This document shows, piece after piece, positions 1-9,313 of a DNA stretch of 64,000 bases. Location of the stretch: positions 544,001 through 608,000 of the forward strand of contig JAZIGN010000003.1 of assembly GCA_036679065.1 (NCBI GenBank), given 5' to 3'. The notes below the pieces were generated by a model that had not been told where the DNA came from, made no database searches, and saw only the letters and a program-made list of their open reading frames with translations. The first letter of the stretch is position 1. Every line of letters begins with the position of its first letter. Made by a program: the position numbers and the translations under genes. The stretch is from Coprothermobacterota bacterium. Lineage in GTDB: Bacteria > Coprothermobacterota > Coprothermobacteria > Coprothermobacterales > Coprothermobacteraceae.

Positions 1-632
1 TTGTGGAGAATGGTAAAGTGCGTGGCGTGAAACTTCAAGACGGTTCTGAAGAGTACGCTGATAGAGTTTTAGTAACCGCTGGTGCCTGGACTACAGCGCT
101 GCTTAAGACGGCTGGTGTAGACTTGCCTCTGTGGGGTGAAAAACACGAGATTCTGATAACAGAACCCTGGGAACGAGTACTTGGTCCCATGGTCATATCA
201 TTCTCCCGGGGTTTTTACATACAGCAACGTCCTCATGGGTCATTTATCATGGGACTTCCTCCAGTAGATCCAGAGCATTGGTATGAGCCAGAAGCGTTTG
301 ATTTTTCAAGTAGCATGGATTTCCTAATGCGGATGGCCAAGGAGGCAACGCATGTTCTTCCTTTCCTTCGGGGTGTGAACGTAGTAAGGCAATGGGCTGG
401 TCTCTATGAGATGACTCCAGATCATCATCATGCCATTGGTCCCGTTGATGAGGTTGAAGGACTTTGGGTTGCAGCAGGTGGATCTGGCCATGGATTCATG
501 TTCGGTCCTGCCATGGCGGAGCAGCTTAGCAAATGGATGACTGGTAGCTCCATGGATATTGACCTAACGCCTTTGGCTCCTGGACGCTTTAAGAAAGGCG
601 CTCTTGTTGTGGAACCTGCAGTGGTTGGATGA
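1..632 (+). CDS. FAD-dependent oxidoreductase (sarcosine oxidase beta / proline dehydrogenase beta family), 5'-truncated by window
   Basis: Motifs VTAGAWT, RQWAGLYEMTPD and GGSGHGFM typical of DAO-family C-terminal half; N-terminal GxGxxG lies outside the window. Confidence 0.85.
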   Translation, partial: VENGKVRGVKLQDGSEEYADRVLVTAGAWTTALLKTAGVDLPLWGEKHEILITEPWERVLGPMVISFSRGFYIQQRPHGSFIMGLPPVDPEHWYEPEAFDFSSSMDFLMRMAKEATHVLPFLRGVNVVRQWAGLYEMTPDHHHAIGPVDEVEGLWVAAGGSGHGFMFGPAMAEQLSKWMTGSSMDIDLTPLAPGRFKKGALVVEPAVVG

Positions 633-827
633 ATGAAACACATTTAACCAATCAATAGGTTACGTCTGACTCTGGATTAAGCGGTAAGTTTTTTTGTCTT
701 TTAGGAAGGCTGCTACGTCATAGATGGTTTATCTGTGTTCTATGGGTTGTTTTTTTTGTAGCGTTGTATAATCTAAAGCAGTCGTTTTGTGTTGAGCGAA
801 CTTCAAGACGCGGAGGTGTTTAGTAAA

Positions 828-1325
828 GTGCGAAAACTAGTCGCCATATTGGTTTTAGTTATAGCTGTGGCAGTTCCATTGGCTGGCTGCACTAACAGCA
901 GCCAAGGTGACAATGGCAATGCCCAGGTTACCTATAAGATGAGGATTTACGGGACAGAGTCGTGCCCATATTGCCAGCGAATGAAAGATTTATCCATCGA
1001 AATTTTTGGTGCAACCAATACCATTTTTGCGGAGATTAACCCTGCCATTACTGGAACGGAAGCCAATCTGCAAAAGTTTTGTATACTTGGGTCAGTTTTA
1101 GCTGCTGGAGATTGTAGTGCTCCTACTCCCATAGTGGTACTTACTGATGGAGAAGATCATTTACTGGCTCTGTGGATAGGTTATGTGGAAAAAAGTGAGC
1201 TGCAAAAGATTCTGGACAATACGTCTGTGGATAGACCTCTATACTGGCCATACAATTCGGAGGGCTTCATACCTTTGACAGAAGATAAAGCCAATAAGGT
1301 AAGGGAAACACTTGGTTTAAAGTGA
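828..1325 (+). CDS. Glutaredoxin/thioredoxin-like lipoprotein
   Basis: GGAGGTG SD at 812-818 before GTG 828; signal peptide with lipobox LAGC; CPYC motif. Confidence 0.75.
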   Translation: MRKLVAILVLVIAVAVPLAGCTNSSQGDNGNAQVTYKMRIYGTESCPYCQRMKDLSIEIFGATNTIFAEINPAITGTEANLQKFCILGSVLAAGDCSAPTPIVVLTDGEDHLLALWIGYVEKSELQKILDNTSVDRPLYWPYNSEGFIPLTEDKANKVRETLGLK

Positions 1326-1433
1326 TACTCTTGGTCGCTACATAGAGCCTTTTTTTAGCAGAAAAGGGTATTGAGCTGCTACTGTGGAGAATCATCGGTA
1401 CTCGCAGCTGACGGCAGGTTAATTCTTCTTTTG

Positions 1434-1802
1434 TTACTGAATAACTAGTTCTCCATTTAGTCTTTTGGAAATGGGTAGCCCTTCTAGCGCACTGTTGGGA
1501 ATGAGATCCCAAGGATAAATTATGTCGTTTTCGCTACTTTTGACTGTCTTCCTTACGCACGAATGACTGAATGATAAGTCCTCCAAGTAAAGTTGCAGCT
1601 CTTTCGCGTTTGCAAGCTCCATAATAGATTTAGCTACTAAGCGCTGTTGACTCTTTGGTGTAATGATGACAAGGCAGTCATCTTTTTTAAGAAATAGCAC
1701 GTGATCCAAATCAATACACAAAATAGGTTTCAACCTAAATATGGCAACGTTCTCTAAAAGCTCGAAACTGTACTCTGAGGGATACCATATTGGTTTTTCC
1801 AT
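1434..1802 (-). CDS. Hypothetical protein
   Basis: ~122 aa ORF filling the gap; TATTAT -10 box 6 nt upstream of ATG 1802; no recognised motif. Confidence 0.5.
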   Translation of the reverse strand: MEKPIWYPSEYSFELLENVAIFRLKPILCIDLDHVLFLKKDDCLVIITPKSQQRLVAKSIMELANAKELQLYLEDLSFSHSCVRKTVKSSENDIIYPWDLIPNSALEGLPISKRLNGELVIQ

Positions 1803-1819
1803 AATACAATAATACATGT

Positions 1820-3256
1820 ATGATGACACAGTACCATTACTTGCCTCGCAAGAAGAAAAAAGCCAAATTTCCTTGGTTTTTGTTATGGATTTTGCTTTTA
1901 GCAGTTGTAGCTCTTTATTTCCTCACCCCCTGGAAGATTAACGTATTAAACGAACTCGTTGTGGTGCCTGTTGTAGAAGGGGTACAGAAGAATTACCAGG
2001 CTTCTCTCAGAATCGGTGTGAACAAGCCAGGCTTGGTAAGCGTAACCCTAATTGACCAAAGTACGAGTTCCACTGCTACGGTGAGTCGTGATGTGTTCTT
2101 CGTTTGGAATCATAAGGATGTCACTGTTCCTTTTACCGTTGATAAGCCATGTACATTAAAAGCCAACGTGGCCTTTTTGCGTACTAGCACGATAATTGAT
2201 GTGGGACTGGGTGTGTCCTTGAAGGATGTTTACGTGATGGGTTCCTACTATCAGGGAAAAGTAAACCTGTATGAGAGGCCCGAAGGGTATCCCACATTCA
2301 AAGTAGTGGGAACTGCCACAGCAGAGGATGGCTTTATTCCGCTTACCATTTTAAAGAATTATGGTTTTGAAGTGCAAGGGGACGCAACTTCCATTTCTTG
2401 GGATTTGGATTCACAGATAAAAGTTACTTTGGATGTTCAAGCAAGGCAAATGCGTTTTTCATCAAGAAAATATAATGATTTGTATTACGCCTTACCACTG
2501 AGTGGAACTTTTGAAATAAACAAGAATGGAGCTGTTAAAGGAGAAGGAGTAGTTATACCCCTGCCAGAGCAGGTTACTTCCGCTCTTGGAGCTAGGACAT
2601 ATCCTCAAGTTGGTCTTGTTTTACATCGCGGATATTTTACCGTTGAAGATAGTCCAGTACAAATCTTCGAATACATCGATAAGTTTGGCACCTATCTTCT
2701 GGACAAAGCTACTTTTGACAAAGACGCTCGTGCTCGTGAAGTTTACGCGCATGTGAATACATTGAAATTAGAAATAGAGGAATTGAGCAAAGAGTTTTCT
2801 CAAGTCTGGCTTAAAGACCGAAAGGATACGGAGGCACTCTTAGCTCAATTTGTTTCTCCAAATGATAGGACATGCGACCTTATCTCACCCATTCCGAACC
2901 CCATTGTCACATCCTATTTTGGTGAACGGGAGCATCCTCTATTAGGCACCACTGTGCTTCACAGTGGCATCGACATATTGGCCATGGCTGGCTACCCTGC
3001 CCGAGCAGCTGCCGATGGCCAGGTGGTTTACACGGGCTACAGAACTCAATGGGGGTATTTTGCTGTGCTCAAGCATTCAGGGTGTGCTACCGTATATGCT
3101 CACTTGCTTAGACTACCGCAAAAACAGGAATACACTCAAGGAGAGGTTTTTGCATATACAGGAGCATCAGGTTTTGTTACTGGTCCCCATTTGCACTTCG
3201 AGGTAAGGATTGGTGGCAAACCAATGGACCCAAGGCCGTTCATTGGTATCAAATAA
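1820..3256 (+). CDS. Membrane-anchored M23 family metallopeptidase
   Basis: N-terminal basic stretch plus TM helix; C-terminal HSGID (HxxxD), YAHL and GPHLHFEV (HxH). Confidence 0.9.
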   Translation: MMTQYHYLPRKKKKAKFPWFLLWILLLAVVALYFLTPWKINVLNELVVVPVVEGVQKNYQASLRIGVNKPGLVSVTLIDQSTSSTATVSRDVFFVWNHKDVTVPFTVDKPCTLKANVAFLRTSTIIDVGLGVSLKDVYVMGSYYQGKVNLYERPEGYPTFKVVGTATAEDGFIPLTILKNYGFEVQGDATSISWDLDSQIKVTLDVQARQMRFSSRKYNDLYYALPLSGTFEINKNGAVKGEGVVIPLPEQVTSALGARTYPQVGLVLHRGYFTVEDSPVQIFEYIDKFGTYLLDKATFDKDARAREVYAHVNTLKLEIEELSKEFSQVWLKDRKDTEALLAQFVSPNDRTCDLISPIPNPIVTSYFGEREHPLLGTTVLHSGIDILAMAGYPARAAADGQVVYTGYRTQWGYFAVLKHSGCATVYAHLLRLPQKQEYTQGEVFAYTGASGFVTGPHLHFEVRIGGKPMDPRPFIGIK

Positions 3257-3270
3257 TGGGAGGGATGCAT

Positions 3271-4770
3271 ATGGGTTTTGAAGAGAAGATGCAGGAGATC
3301 AAAGGTTATCTGAGGCGCATCGAACTTTTGGGCAACGCTATGGGGGTCTTAAACTGGGATCTCGAAGTTAATGTTCCTCCTGGAGGAGTAAAGGGTAGGG
3401 CAGAAGTACTAGGCTACTTATCAGGAGAGATGTACAAATTAATAACTGCACCCGAAGCTGGAGAGTATATTGCATGGCTTGAGCAGCAAAATCTCACCGA
3501 TCCAGTTCATAAGGGCATGTTGCGCGAAATGAAGAAAAGTTACGAGCGTCTGGTAAAAATCCCTGCTGACAGGTTCGTGGCTTTCTCACGACTTACCTCG
3601 GAAGCGCAAGCGGTGTGGGCTGAGTCTAGAAGAAGAAATGACTATGAAATGTTCAAACCATACCTTAAGCAAATTATGGATTTTGAAAAAGAATTTGTCG
3701 GTTACCTGGGATACAAACAGAACAAATACGACACATTGCTGGATCAATATGAGCCAGACATGACTACAGCTGTCTTGGACAAGGTTTTTGGCGACCTCAG
3801 GGATAAATTGGTAGAGCTGCTTACTGAGCTAAGGGAACGGGGTAAAGCGCCCAATAACGACTTCTTGAAAGGGCATTATCCAGCAGATAAACAAAAGGCA
3901 TTGAATAGGGAAGTCCTAAAGCTTATGGGATTCGATTTTAATCGAGGCAGAGTAGACATAAGCGCTCATCCGTTCACCACGTCTTTCTTCAACGGGGATG
4001 TGCGTATAACTAACCGCTACGATGAAGAGTATTTCTTGTCTTCATTCTTCAGTGCCATGCACGAGGGAGGTCACGCTCTGTACGAACAAGACATTTCTGA
4101 CGAACTTTATGGTACGGGACTCGCTACTGGAGTTTCTATGGGTATTCATGAATCGCAGAGCAGGTTCTACGAGAACATGATTGGTCGGAGTAAGGGCTTC
4201 TGGGAATATTTCTTCCCAACGGTGGTTAAAGAGTTTCCGAATCTTTCTAGTGCCAGACCTGAAGACATGTACAAGGCAGTGAACACTGTGGAGCCTTCGC
4301 TCATACGCACAGAAGCAGATGAGCTGACCTATGCCATGCATATCATAATTCGGTATGAAATGGAGAAGGCATTCATAAATGACGAAATCACTGTAGATGA
4401 AGCTCCCGAAGTGTGGAATGAAAAGTATGAGAAGTATTTAGGCATACGTCCAAAGGACTACAGTAGCGGCATACTTCAAGATACACACTGGTCTGGTGGC
4501 ATGGTAGGATACTTCCCATCCTATGCATTAGGCAACCTCTATGCGGCACAGTTCCTCAATGCAATGAAGAAGGATATGGATGTGGAAGAGCTGCTCAGAG
4601 AAGGGAATTTAGAACCTATTCACCAGTGGCTAAAAGACAAAGTGCACAAACATGGTGCTGTCTACACACCTTCTGAGTTAGTAGAAATGGTTACAGGGGA
4701 GCCACTTAACCCTCAGTATTTTGTAGATTACTTAGCAGCTAAGCTTAGAACTGTTTACAACATAGATTGA
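3271..4770 (+). CDS. Carboxypeptidase M32 (Taq-type)
   Basis: HPF, DVRIT, HEGGH (HExxH), HESQ, IRTEAD and GYFPSYALG motifs; GGAGGG SD at 3259-3264. Confidence 0.95.
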   Translation: MGFEEKMQEIKGYLRRIELLGNAMGVLNWDLEVNVPPGGVKGRAEVLGYLSGEMYKLITAPEAGEYIAWLEQQNLTDPVHKGMLREMKKSYERLVKIPADRFVAFSRLTSEAQAVWAESRRRNDYEMFKPYLKQIMDFEKEFVGYLGYKQNKYDTLLDQYEPDMTTAVLDKVFGDLRDKLVELLTELRERGKAPNNDFLKGHYPADKQKALNREVLKLMGFDFNRGRVDISAHPFTTSFFNGDVRITNRYDEEYFLSSFFSAMHEGGHALYEQDISDELYGTGLATGVSMGIHESQSRFYENMIGRSKGFWEYFFPTVVKEFPNLSSARPEDMYKAVNTVEPSLIRTEADELTYAMHIIIRYEMEKAFINDEITVDEAPEVWNEKYEKYLGIRPKDYSSGILQDTHWSGGMVGYFPSYALGNLYAAQFLNAMKKDMDVEELLREGNLEPIHQWLKDKVHKHGAVYTPSELVEMVTGEPLNPQYFVDYLAAKLRTVYNID

Positions 4771-4775
4771 GGAGC

Positions 4776-4830
4776 AAAAAGGGCGGGGCTTTTGAGTAGT
4801 ACTGCTGTAGCGTCTACTTTGAGCCCCGCC
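4776..4830. terminator. Intrinsic terminator between convergent genes
   Basis: GGCGGGGCT...AGCCCCGCC long imperfect stem; A-tract at 4776-4780 gives a U-tract on the minus strand. Confidence 0.7.
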
Positions 4831-4842
4831 AATATTCCAGAG

Positions 4843-7209
4843 TTACGTTGAGTTTTTCTTCTGGTCTTTCTTTTCTGGTTTCTTAGATTGAGGGTTAGGG
4901 TCTGGTTTTTGATTCGGAGTAACTGGTGAAGTTGGTGTTATGGGTTCAAGTTCCGTTGGTGTCTCCTGTTCTTGCTGTTCTTCTGGTTCTTCTGGTTCTT
5001 CTACTTGTTCTTCTACTTGTTCTTCCTCCTCTGGAGGCGGTTCAGGTATGAATTCACACTCTTCCAAAGGTGGTTCCTGTTTGGTCGGTACTGGCCATAG
5101 AACTTTTACAGGCTGAAATGTGGAGCAGTCTGCATTGTAAGTCACTGTTAGATCTGCACTAAGCGACAACGTCTTCCAACTCACAGGAGACGTTTGTAAG
5201 GGAACTGCTTCTGGTTTTGTGATGCTGCTAACAGGTTTCTGGCTACCTCCACCCAGCAGCTCTGAATCCTTGAAGTTCACCGTTACGCTTACTATGTTTT
5301 TGGGTTTACTCAAAGCTGGCCCTACTGGGATAAGTTTTGCTTTGAACAGATCTCGTGCAGTGTATCCCCATAGCCACATACCAGGATGTTTTGTGGTCAT
5401 GTTTTTATAAGCTCCCTTTACTTCTGGTATGTCAGCATCTATGCCCACTGTGAGGGCGTACACGAAGTTGGTGGAATAACCCACATACCATGAGTCTTTC
5501 CATGAACTCGTTGTACCGCTCTTACCAGCTAAGAACCTGCCGTCAACAGCGGCTTTAGGCGTATAGGCATTACCCATGAACATGCTGTGAAGCATGTCAC
5601 TCATCACATACGCTGTGGATTCGTCAATAACTTTGTATTTCCAAGGTGTTTGTTTGTAAATTGTTACACCTACGCTATTCTTCACTTCCTTTATGAAAAC
5701 AGGTTCCACAGCGTATCCACCGTTGGCAAAGGGTGCATAGGACAGTGCCAGGTTAAGAGGAGTAATTTCATTTACCCCAATGGCAGTACTTGGAACCGGT
5801 CTGACCTCTTCAGTGATGCCGAATTTCTTTGCATAGTACTGCACTGCGTCGATGCCTACCAACAGTGCTGTTTTTACGGCTGCAATGTTTGATGATCTAA
5901 CAATCGCTTCTCTCACAGTGATTTGTCCCCACCAAGTGTTGTTGAATTCGTGGGGACTCCAGGTGTCGCCTGGTATGGGCACCTTAATCGGTTCAGAAAC
6001 CCATGTGTCGAATGGTGTAAGCATGTTCATTTGAACTGCTGCCGCATACTCAATGGGTTTAAATGAAGATCCTGTTGCGCGTGGTGCGATGGCTCTGTTG
6101 TATTGCGTTTCGGAATACTTTCTCCCACCTACCATGGCAAGTACTTCACCGTTTCGTGGATCTATTATGATTGCACCTGGCTGTGGTTGTCTAACACCCT
6201 TATCATCTAAAACTACTGTCCCAGTTATGGATTTATCACGTTCATCCAAGTATTCTTCTATGGAACTTTGTAGTCCTTCAATGAGTTTCACGTCAAAGGT
6301 GGTGTATACAGACAGTCCACCGCTAAATGTGAGATCTGTCCCAAAATTCTCAACTAAAAAGTTCTTAATGAAATCCAGTGCGTAGCCTTTGGCATCGAGC
6401 TCCACCAGAGAAGTTTGTGAAAGCTCAATTGTTTGGTTCTTTGCTTCTTCATACTCCTCCTCAGAGATGGCTTCTATGGATAACAGTTTATTTAGGACAA
6501 CATTTCTGCCATTTATGGCAGCCTCCAAATTACTTGTTGGGGCCCGTACAGAGGGTGCAGGTAGAATGCCTGCAAGTAATGCAACTTCTGACAATGTTAG
6601 TTCGCTAGTGTGCTTACCAAAATAGTGCTGAGCAGCAGTCTCTACCCCATAGCATCCGTCACCAAAATAGACCATATTTAGATAAAGCTCTAGTATTTGA
6701 TCCTTTGTGTATCTTTGTTCTAGTCTGTAAGCAAGTACAAATTCCTTCAGTTTCCTATCCATGGACGTTTCCATTCCCAAGTTAAACATGACTCGGGCTA
6801 ACTGCTGGGTTATGGTACTTCCACCCTGCTGTATGGAACCATGCATGAGATTGGTTAAAGCCGCCCTTATGAGTCCAATCCAATCCACGGGACCGTGACT
6901 GTAGAACCTGTGGTCTTCAGAACCCACAAAAACTTTCTTTACCAAAGGGCCCATTTCTTCCAAAGAAACGTATTTGTAAGGAGCACTGCTCCCTAAATAG
7001 CCGATTACGATACCATTGCGATCGTATACAACGCTGGGTTCTTGTATGTCCAGCTTTACTTCGTCTGGTTGGGGCAAATCAGCTGCCAAAGTTCTAATGA
7101 CATTAACTGCATAGACAGCTACCGCTGACGCTATTATGGCAAAGATCAGAAAAATTACTCCAAATACTCTTGCCCACCTAATGCGGTGCTTGTTCTTTGA
7201 TTTAGCCAT
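4843..7209 (-). CDS. Class A penicillin-binding protein (PBP1A family)
   Basis: TM anchor; transglycosylase motifs EDHRFYSH, GGSTITQQL, RKLKE; transpeptidase SSFK, SSN, KSG; low-complexity E/P/K tail. Confidence 0.95.
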   Translation of the reverse strand: MAKSKNKHRIRWARVFGVIFLIFAIIASAVAVYAVNVIRTLAADLPQPDEVKLDIQEPSVVYDRNGIVIGYLGSSAPYKYVSLEEMGPLVKKVFVGSEDHRFYSHGPVDWIGLIRAALTNLMHGSIQQGGSTITQQLARVMFNLGMETSMDRKLKEFVLAYRLEQRYTKDQILELYLNMVYFGDGCYGVETAAQHYFGKHTSELTLSEVALLAGILPAPSVRAPTSNLEAAINGRNVVLNKLLSIEAISEEEYEEAKNQTIELSQTSLVELDAKGYALDFIKNFLVENFGTDLTFSGGLSVYTTFDVKLIEGLQSSIEEYLDERDKSITGTVVLDDKGVRQPQPGAIIIDPRNGEVLAMVGGRKYSETQYNRAIAPRATGSSFKPIEYAAAVQMNMLTPFDTWVSEPIKVPIPGDTWSPHEFNNTWWGQITVREAIVRSSNIAAVKTALLVGIDAVQYYAKKFGITEEVRPVPSTAIGVNEITPLNLALSYAPFANGGYAVEPVFIKEVKNSVGVTIYKQTPWKYKVIDESTAYVMSDMLHSMFMGNAYTPKAAVDGRFLAGKSGTTSSWKDSWYVGYSTNFVYALTVGIDADIPEVKGAYKNMTTKHPGMWLWGYTARDLFKAKLIPVGPALSKPKNIVSVTVNFKDSELLGGGSQKPVSSITKPEAVPLQTSPVSWKTLSLSADLTVTYNADCSTFQPVKVLWPVPTKQEPPLEECEFIPEPPPEEEEQVEEQVEEPEEPEEQQEQETPTELEPITPTSPVTPNQKPDPNPQSKKPEKKDQKKNST
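4967..5032. repeat. Intragenic 9/12-bp tandem repeats encoding the acidic PBP tail (EEQV/EEP/EEQ)
   Basis: Repeated TTCTTCTGG and ACTTGTTCTTCT units. Confidence 0.7.
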
Positions 7210-7257
7210 AGTAGAATAACATTATAACGCACTTCATAACAGGAGGTTTTATCCAAA

Positions 7258-8454
7258 TTGGACATATCAAAACAGGTTGAAATCCTCAAGAAGAATGTAG
7301 TGGATCTTATCACTGAAGAAGACCTCAAAGCTAAACTTGAAAAAGCAAAGGCAGAAGGGAGACCTTTAAGGGTTAAGCTGGGAGCAGATCCTTCTGCCCC
7401 TGACTTGCACCTGGGACATTTGGTTGTGTTACGAAAGCTTCGACAGTTCCAAGAGTTTGGACACCGTATCGTATTCATCATTGGTGATTTCACAGCATGC
7501 ATAGGTGATCCCACAGGCAGAAACAAGACCAGACCACCACTAACTGAAGAGGAAGTAAAAATGAACGCTCAAACCTATCAGGAACAAGTATTCAAAGTTC
7601 TCGACCCCGAGTTGGTGGAAATAAGGTTCAATAGTGAATGGAATGCACCTTTGAGTGCACGTGACGTCATATTGGATTTGGCTTCACGTTACACCGTCGC
7701 TAAGCTTTTGGAAAGAGACGATTTCAGCATGAGATATAAAGGTGGAATCCCCATCTACGTGCACGAACTTCTGTATCCTTTGTTTCAGGCTTATGATTCC
7801 GTTGCTATACAAGCTGATATTGAATTAGGCGGTACAGATCAAGTTTTCAATCTTTTAGTAGGACGGGACCTTCAGCAAAGCCATGGGCAGGAACCTCAAG
7901 TGGTAATGACACTTCCACTCCTTGTTGGGCTTGATGGTGAGAAGAAGATGTCAAAGTCTTTAGGGAATTATGTTGCTTTCAATGACCCGCCTAAAGACAT
8001 GTTTGGTAAACTTATGAGCATTCCTGACAATCTTATGCCAAGCTATTTTAATTTACTTACTGACTATTCTGAAGAAGAGATTAAAAGAATACTGTCTGGG
8101 CATCCACGGGACGCAAAATTAAAGCTTGCCTGGTCTATAACCTCGTTCTTTTATGGTGAAGAAGAAGCCACACACCAGCAAGAAGAATTCCTAAGAGTTT
8201 TCTCGCGTCGAGAGCTCCCGGAATACATGGATGCATATGAAATTGAAACGTTATATAATGAAGGAGTGAAAACAATAACAGACCTTTTGGTATTCATCGG
8301 TGCCGCGTCCAGTAGAAGTGAGGCGAAACGATTGATAGCAGGAGGAGGCGTACAGCTCAATGACACCAGAATTGACGACCCCATGGCTCCCCTGCAACTT
8401 ACGCCTGGAAGCGTGCTTCGTGTAGGTAAACGAAAGTTTTTCAAATTTGTTTAG
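7258..8454 (+). CDS. tyrS: Tyrosine--tRNA ligase
   Basis: HLGH (HIGH) and KMSKS motifs, GGTDQ, C-terminal S4-like domain; AGGAGG SD, TTG start. Confidence 0.97.
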   Translation: MDISKQVEILKKNVVDLITEEDLKAKLEKAKAEGRPLRVKLGADPSAPDLHLGHLVVLRKLRQFQEFGHRIVFIIGDFTACIGDPTGRNKTRPPLTEEEVKMNAQTYQEQVFKVLDPELVEIRFNSEWNAPLSARDVILDLASRYTVAKLLERDDFSMRYKGGIPIYVHELLYPLFQAYDSVAIQADIELGGTDQVFNLLVGRDLQQSHGQEPQVVMTLPLLVGLDGEKKMSKSLGNYVAFNDPPKDMFGKLMSIPDNLMPSYFNLLTDYSEEEIKRILSGHPRDAKLKLAWSITSFFYGEEEATHQQEEFLRVFSRRELPEYMDAYEIETLYNEGVKTITDLLVFIGAASSRSEAKRLIAGGGVQLNDTRIDDPMAPLQLTPGSVLRVGKRKFFKFV

Positions 8455-8463
8455 GAGGTGACT

Positions 8464-9030
8464 GTGTTGTTAGAAATTAGGTGGCACGGACGTGCGGGAC
8501 AAGGTGTGAAGACTGCCGCATATTTGCTTGCAGAAGCTGCCATGGACACGGGTAAGTACATACAAGCTTTCCCAGAATATGGCGCTGAAAGATCTGGCGC
8601 CCCCATTGCTGCGTTTACCAGAATCGGTGATGAACCAATCAGAATACATTATGGTATTCGCACTCCTGATGTGGTAGTAGTGGTGGATGAATCCTTAATT
8701 GGTGCCATGGATGTGACCTCAGGGTTAAAAGACAATGGTATCTTACTTGTAAACACCAATCAATCTCCAGAGATCTACAGAGCCAAACTGCCTTCCTTCC
8801 ATGGCAAGATCGCTACTGTTGATGCAACGCAGATAGCGTTGGACTGTATAGGTAGACCCATACCTAACATTCCTATTATGGGTGCTCTAATTAGAGTTTC
8901 TGGCATCGTTTCATTGGAGGATTTGGAACCCAGGCTTCGTCATAAGTTCAGTGCCAAGTTTAGCGAGCAAGTAGTTGAAGGAAACGTTAAGGCGCTGAAG
9001 CGAGGCTATGAGGAGGTGAAAATACTGTGA
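8464..9030 (+). CDS. porG: Pyruvate/2-oxoacid:ferredoxin oxidoreductase gamma subunit
   Basis: HGRAGQG and FPEYGAERSGAP motifs; start at 8464 or 8467 after GGAGG. Confidence 0.92.
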   Translation: MLLEIRWHGRAGQGVKTAAYLLAEAAMDTGKYIQAFPEYGAERSGAPIAAFTRIGDEPIRIHYGIRTPDVVVVVDESLIGAMDVTSGLKDNGILLVNTNQSPEIYRAKLPSFHGKIATVDATQIALDCIGRPIPNIPIMGALIRVSGIVSLEDLEPRLRHKFSAKFSEQVVEGNVKALKRGYEEVKIL

Positions 9031-9311
9031 GTGAACAGAAATGGAGTGAACTTCCGGAAGGCGTGGTCGTTCCTGAAGGAGGAAATTCTCAGGACGTCTA
9101 TATAGTTGAAGGGTGGAGAACGTTTAAGCCTGTTGTGAATCTTGAGAAGTGCACGCATTGCATGACGTGTTGGGTTATGTGCCCTGATAACGCAGTGAAT
9201 GTGAAGAGTGGCAAAATGCTTGGATTCGATTACCTAGCATGCAAGGGCTGTGGCGTTTGCGCAGAGGTATGCCCGGTAAAGGTAATCGAGATGGTGAAGG
9301 AGGAACGATAA
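9027..9311 (+). CDS. porD: Pyruvate/2-oxoacid:ferredoxin oxidoreductase delta subunit
   Basis: WRTFKP followed by two CxxCxxCxxxCP motifs (CKGCGVCAEVCP). Confidence 0.93.
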   Translation: MSEQKWSELPEGVVVPEGGNSQDVYIVEGWRTFKPVVNLEKCTHCMTCWVMCPDNAVNVKSGKMLGFDYLACKGCGVCAEVCPVKVIEMVKEER

Positions 9312-9313
9312 CC

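Noticed and set aside
633..827. Riboswitch or sRNA in larger intergenic gaps (also 42545-42712)
   Set aside because: Only weak hairpins and T-runs; no recognisable aptamer motifs.
1267..1512. Frameshifted continuation of the 1434-1802 ORF
   Set aside because: No recognisable homology or slippery site, and it runs into the convergent lipoprotein gene.
4776..4830. Long hairpin as an ncRNA or MITE
   Set aside because: Single copy in the window, between convergent genes with a U-tract; a terminator explains it.
7210..7257. T-box leader for tyrS
   Set aside because: Only 48 bp separate the divergent genes and no T-box motif is visible.
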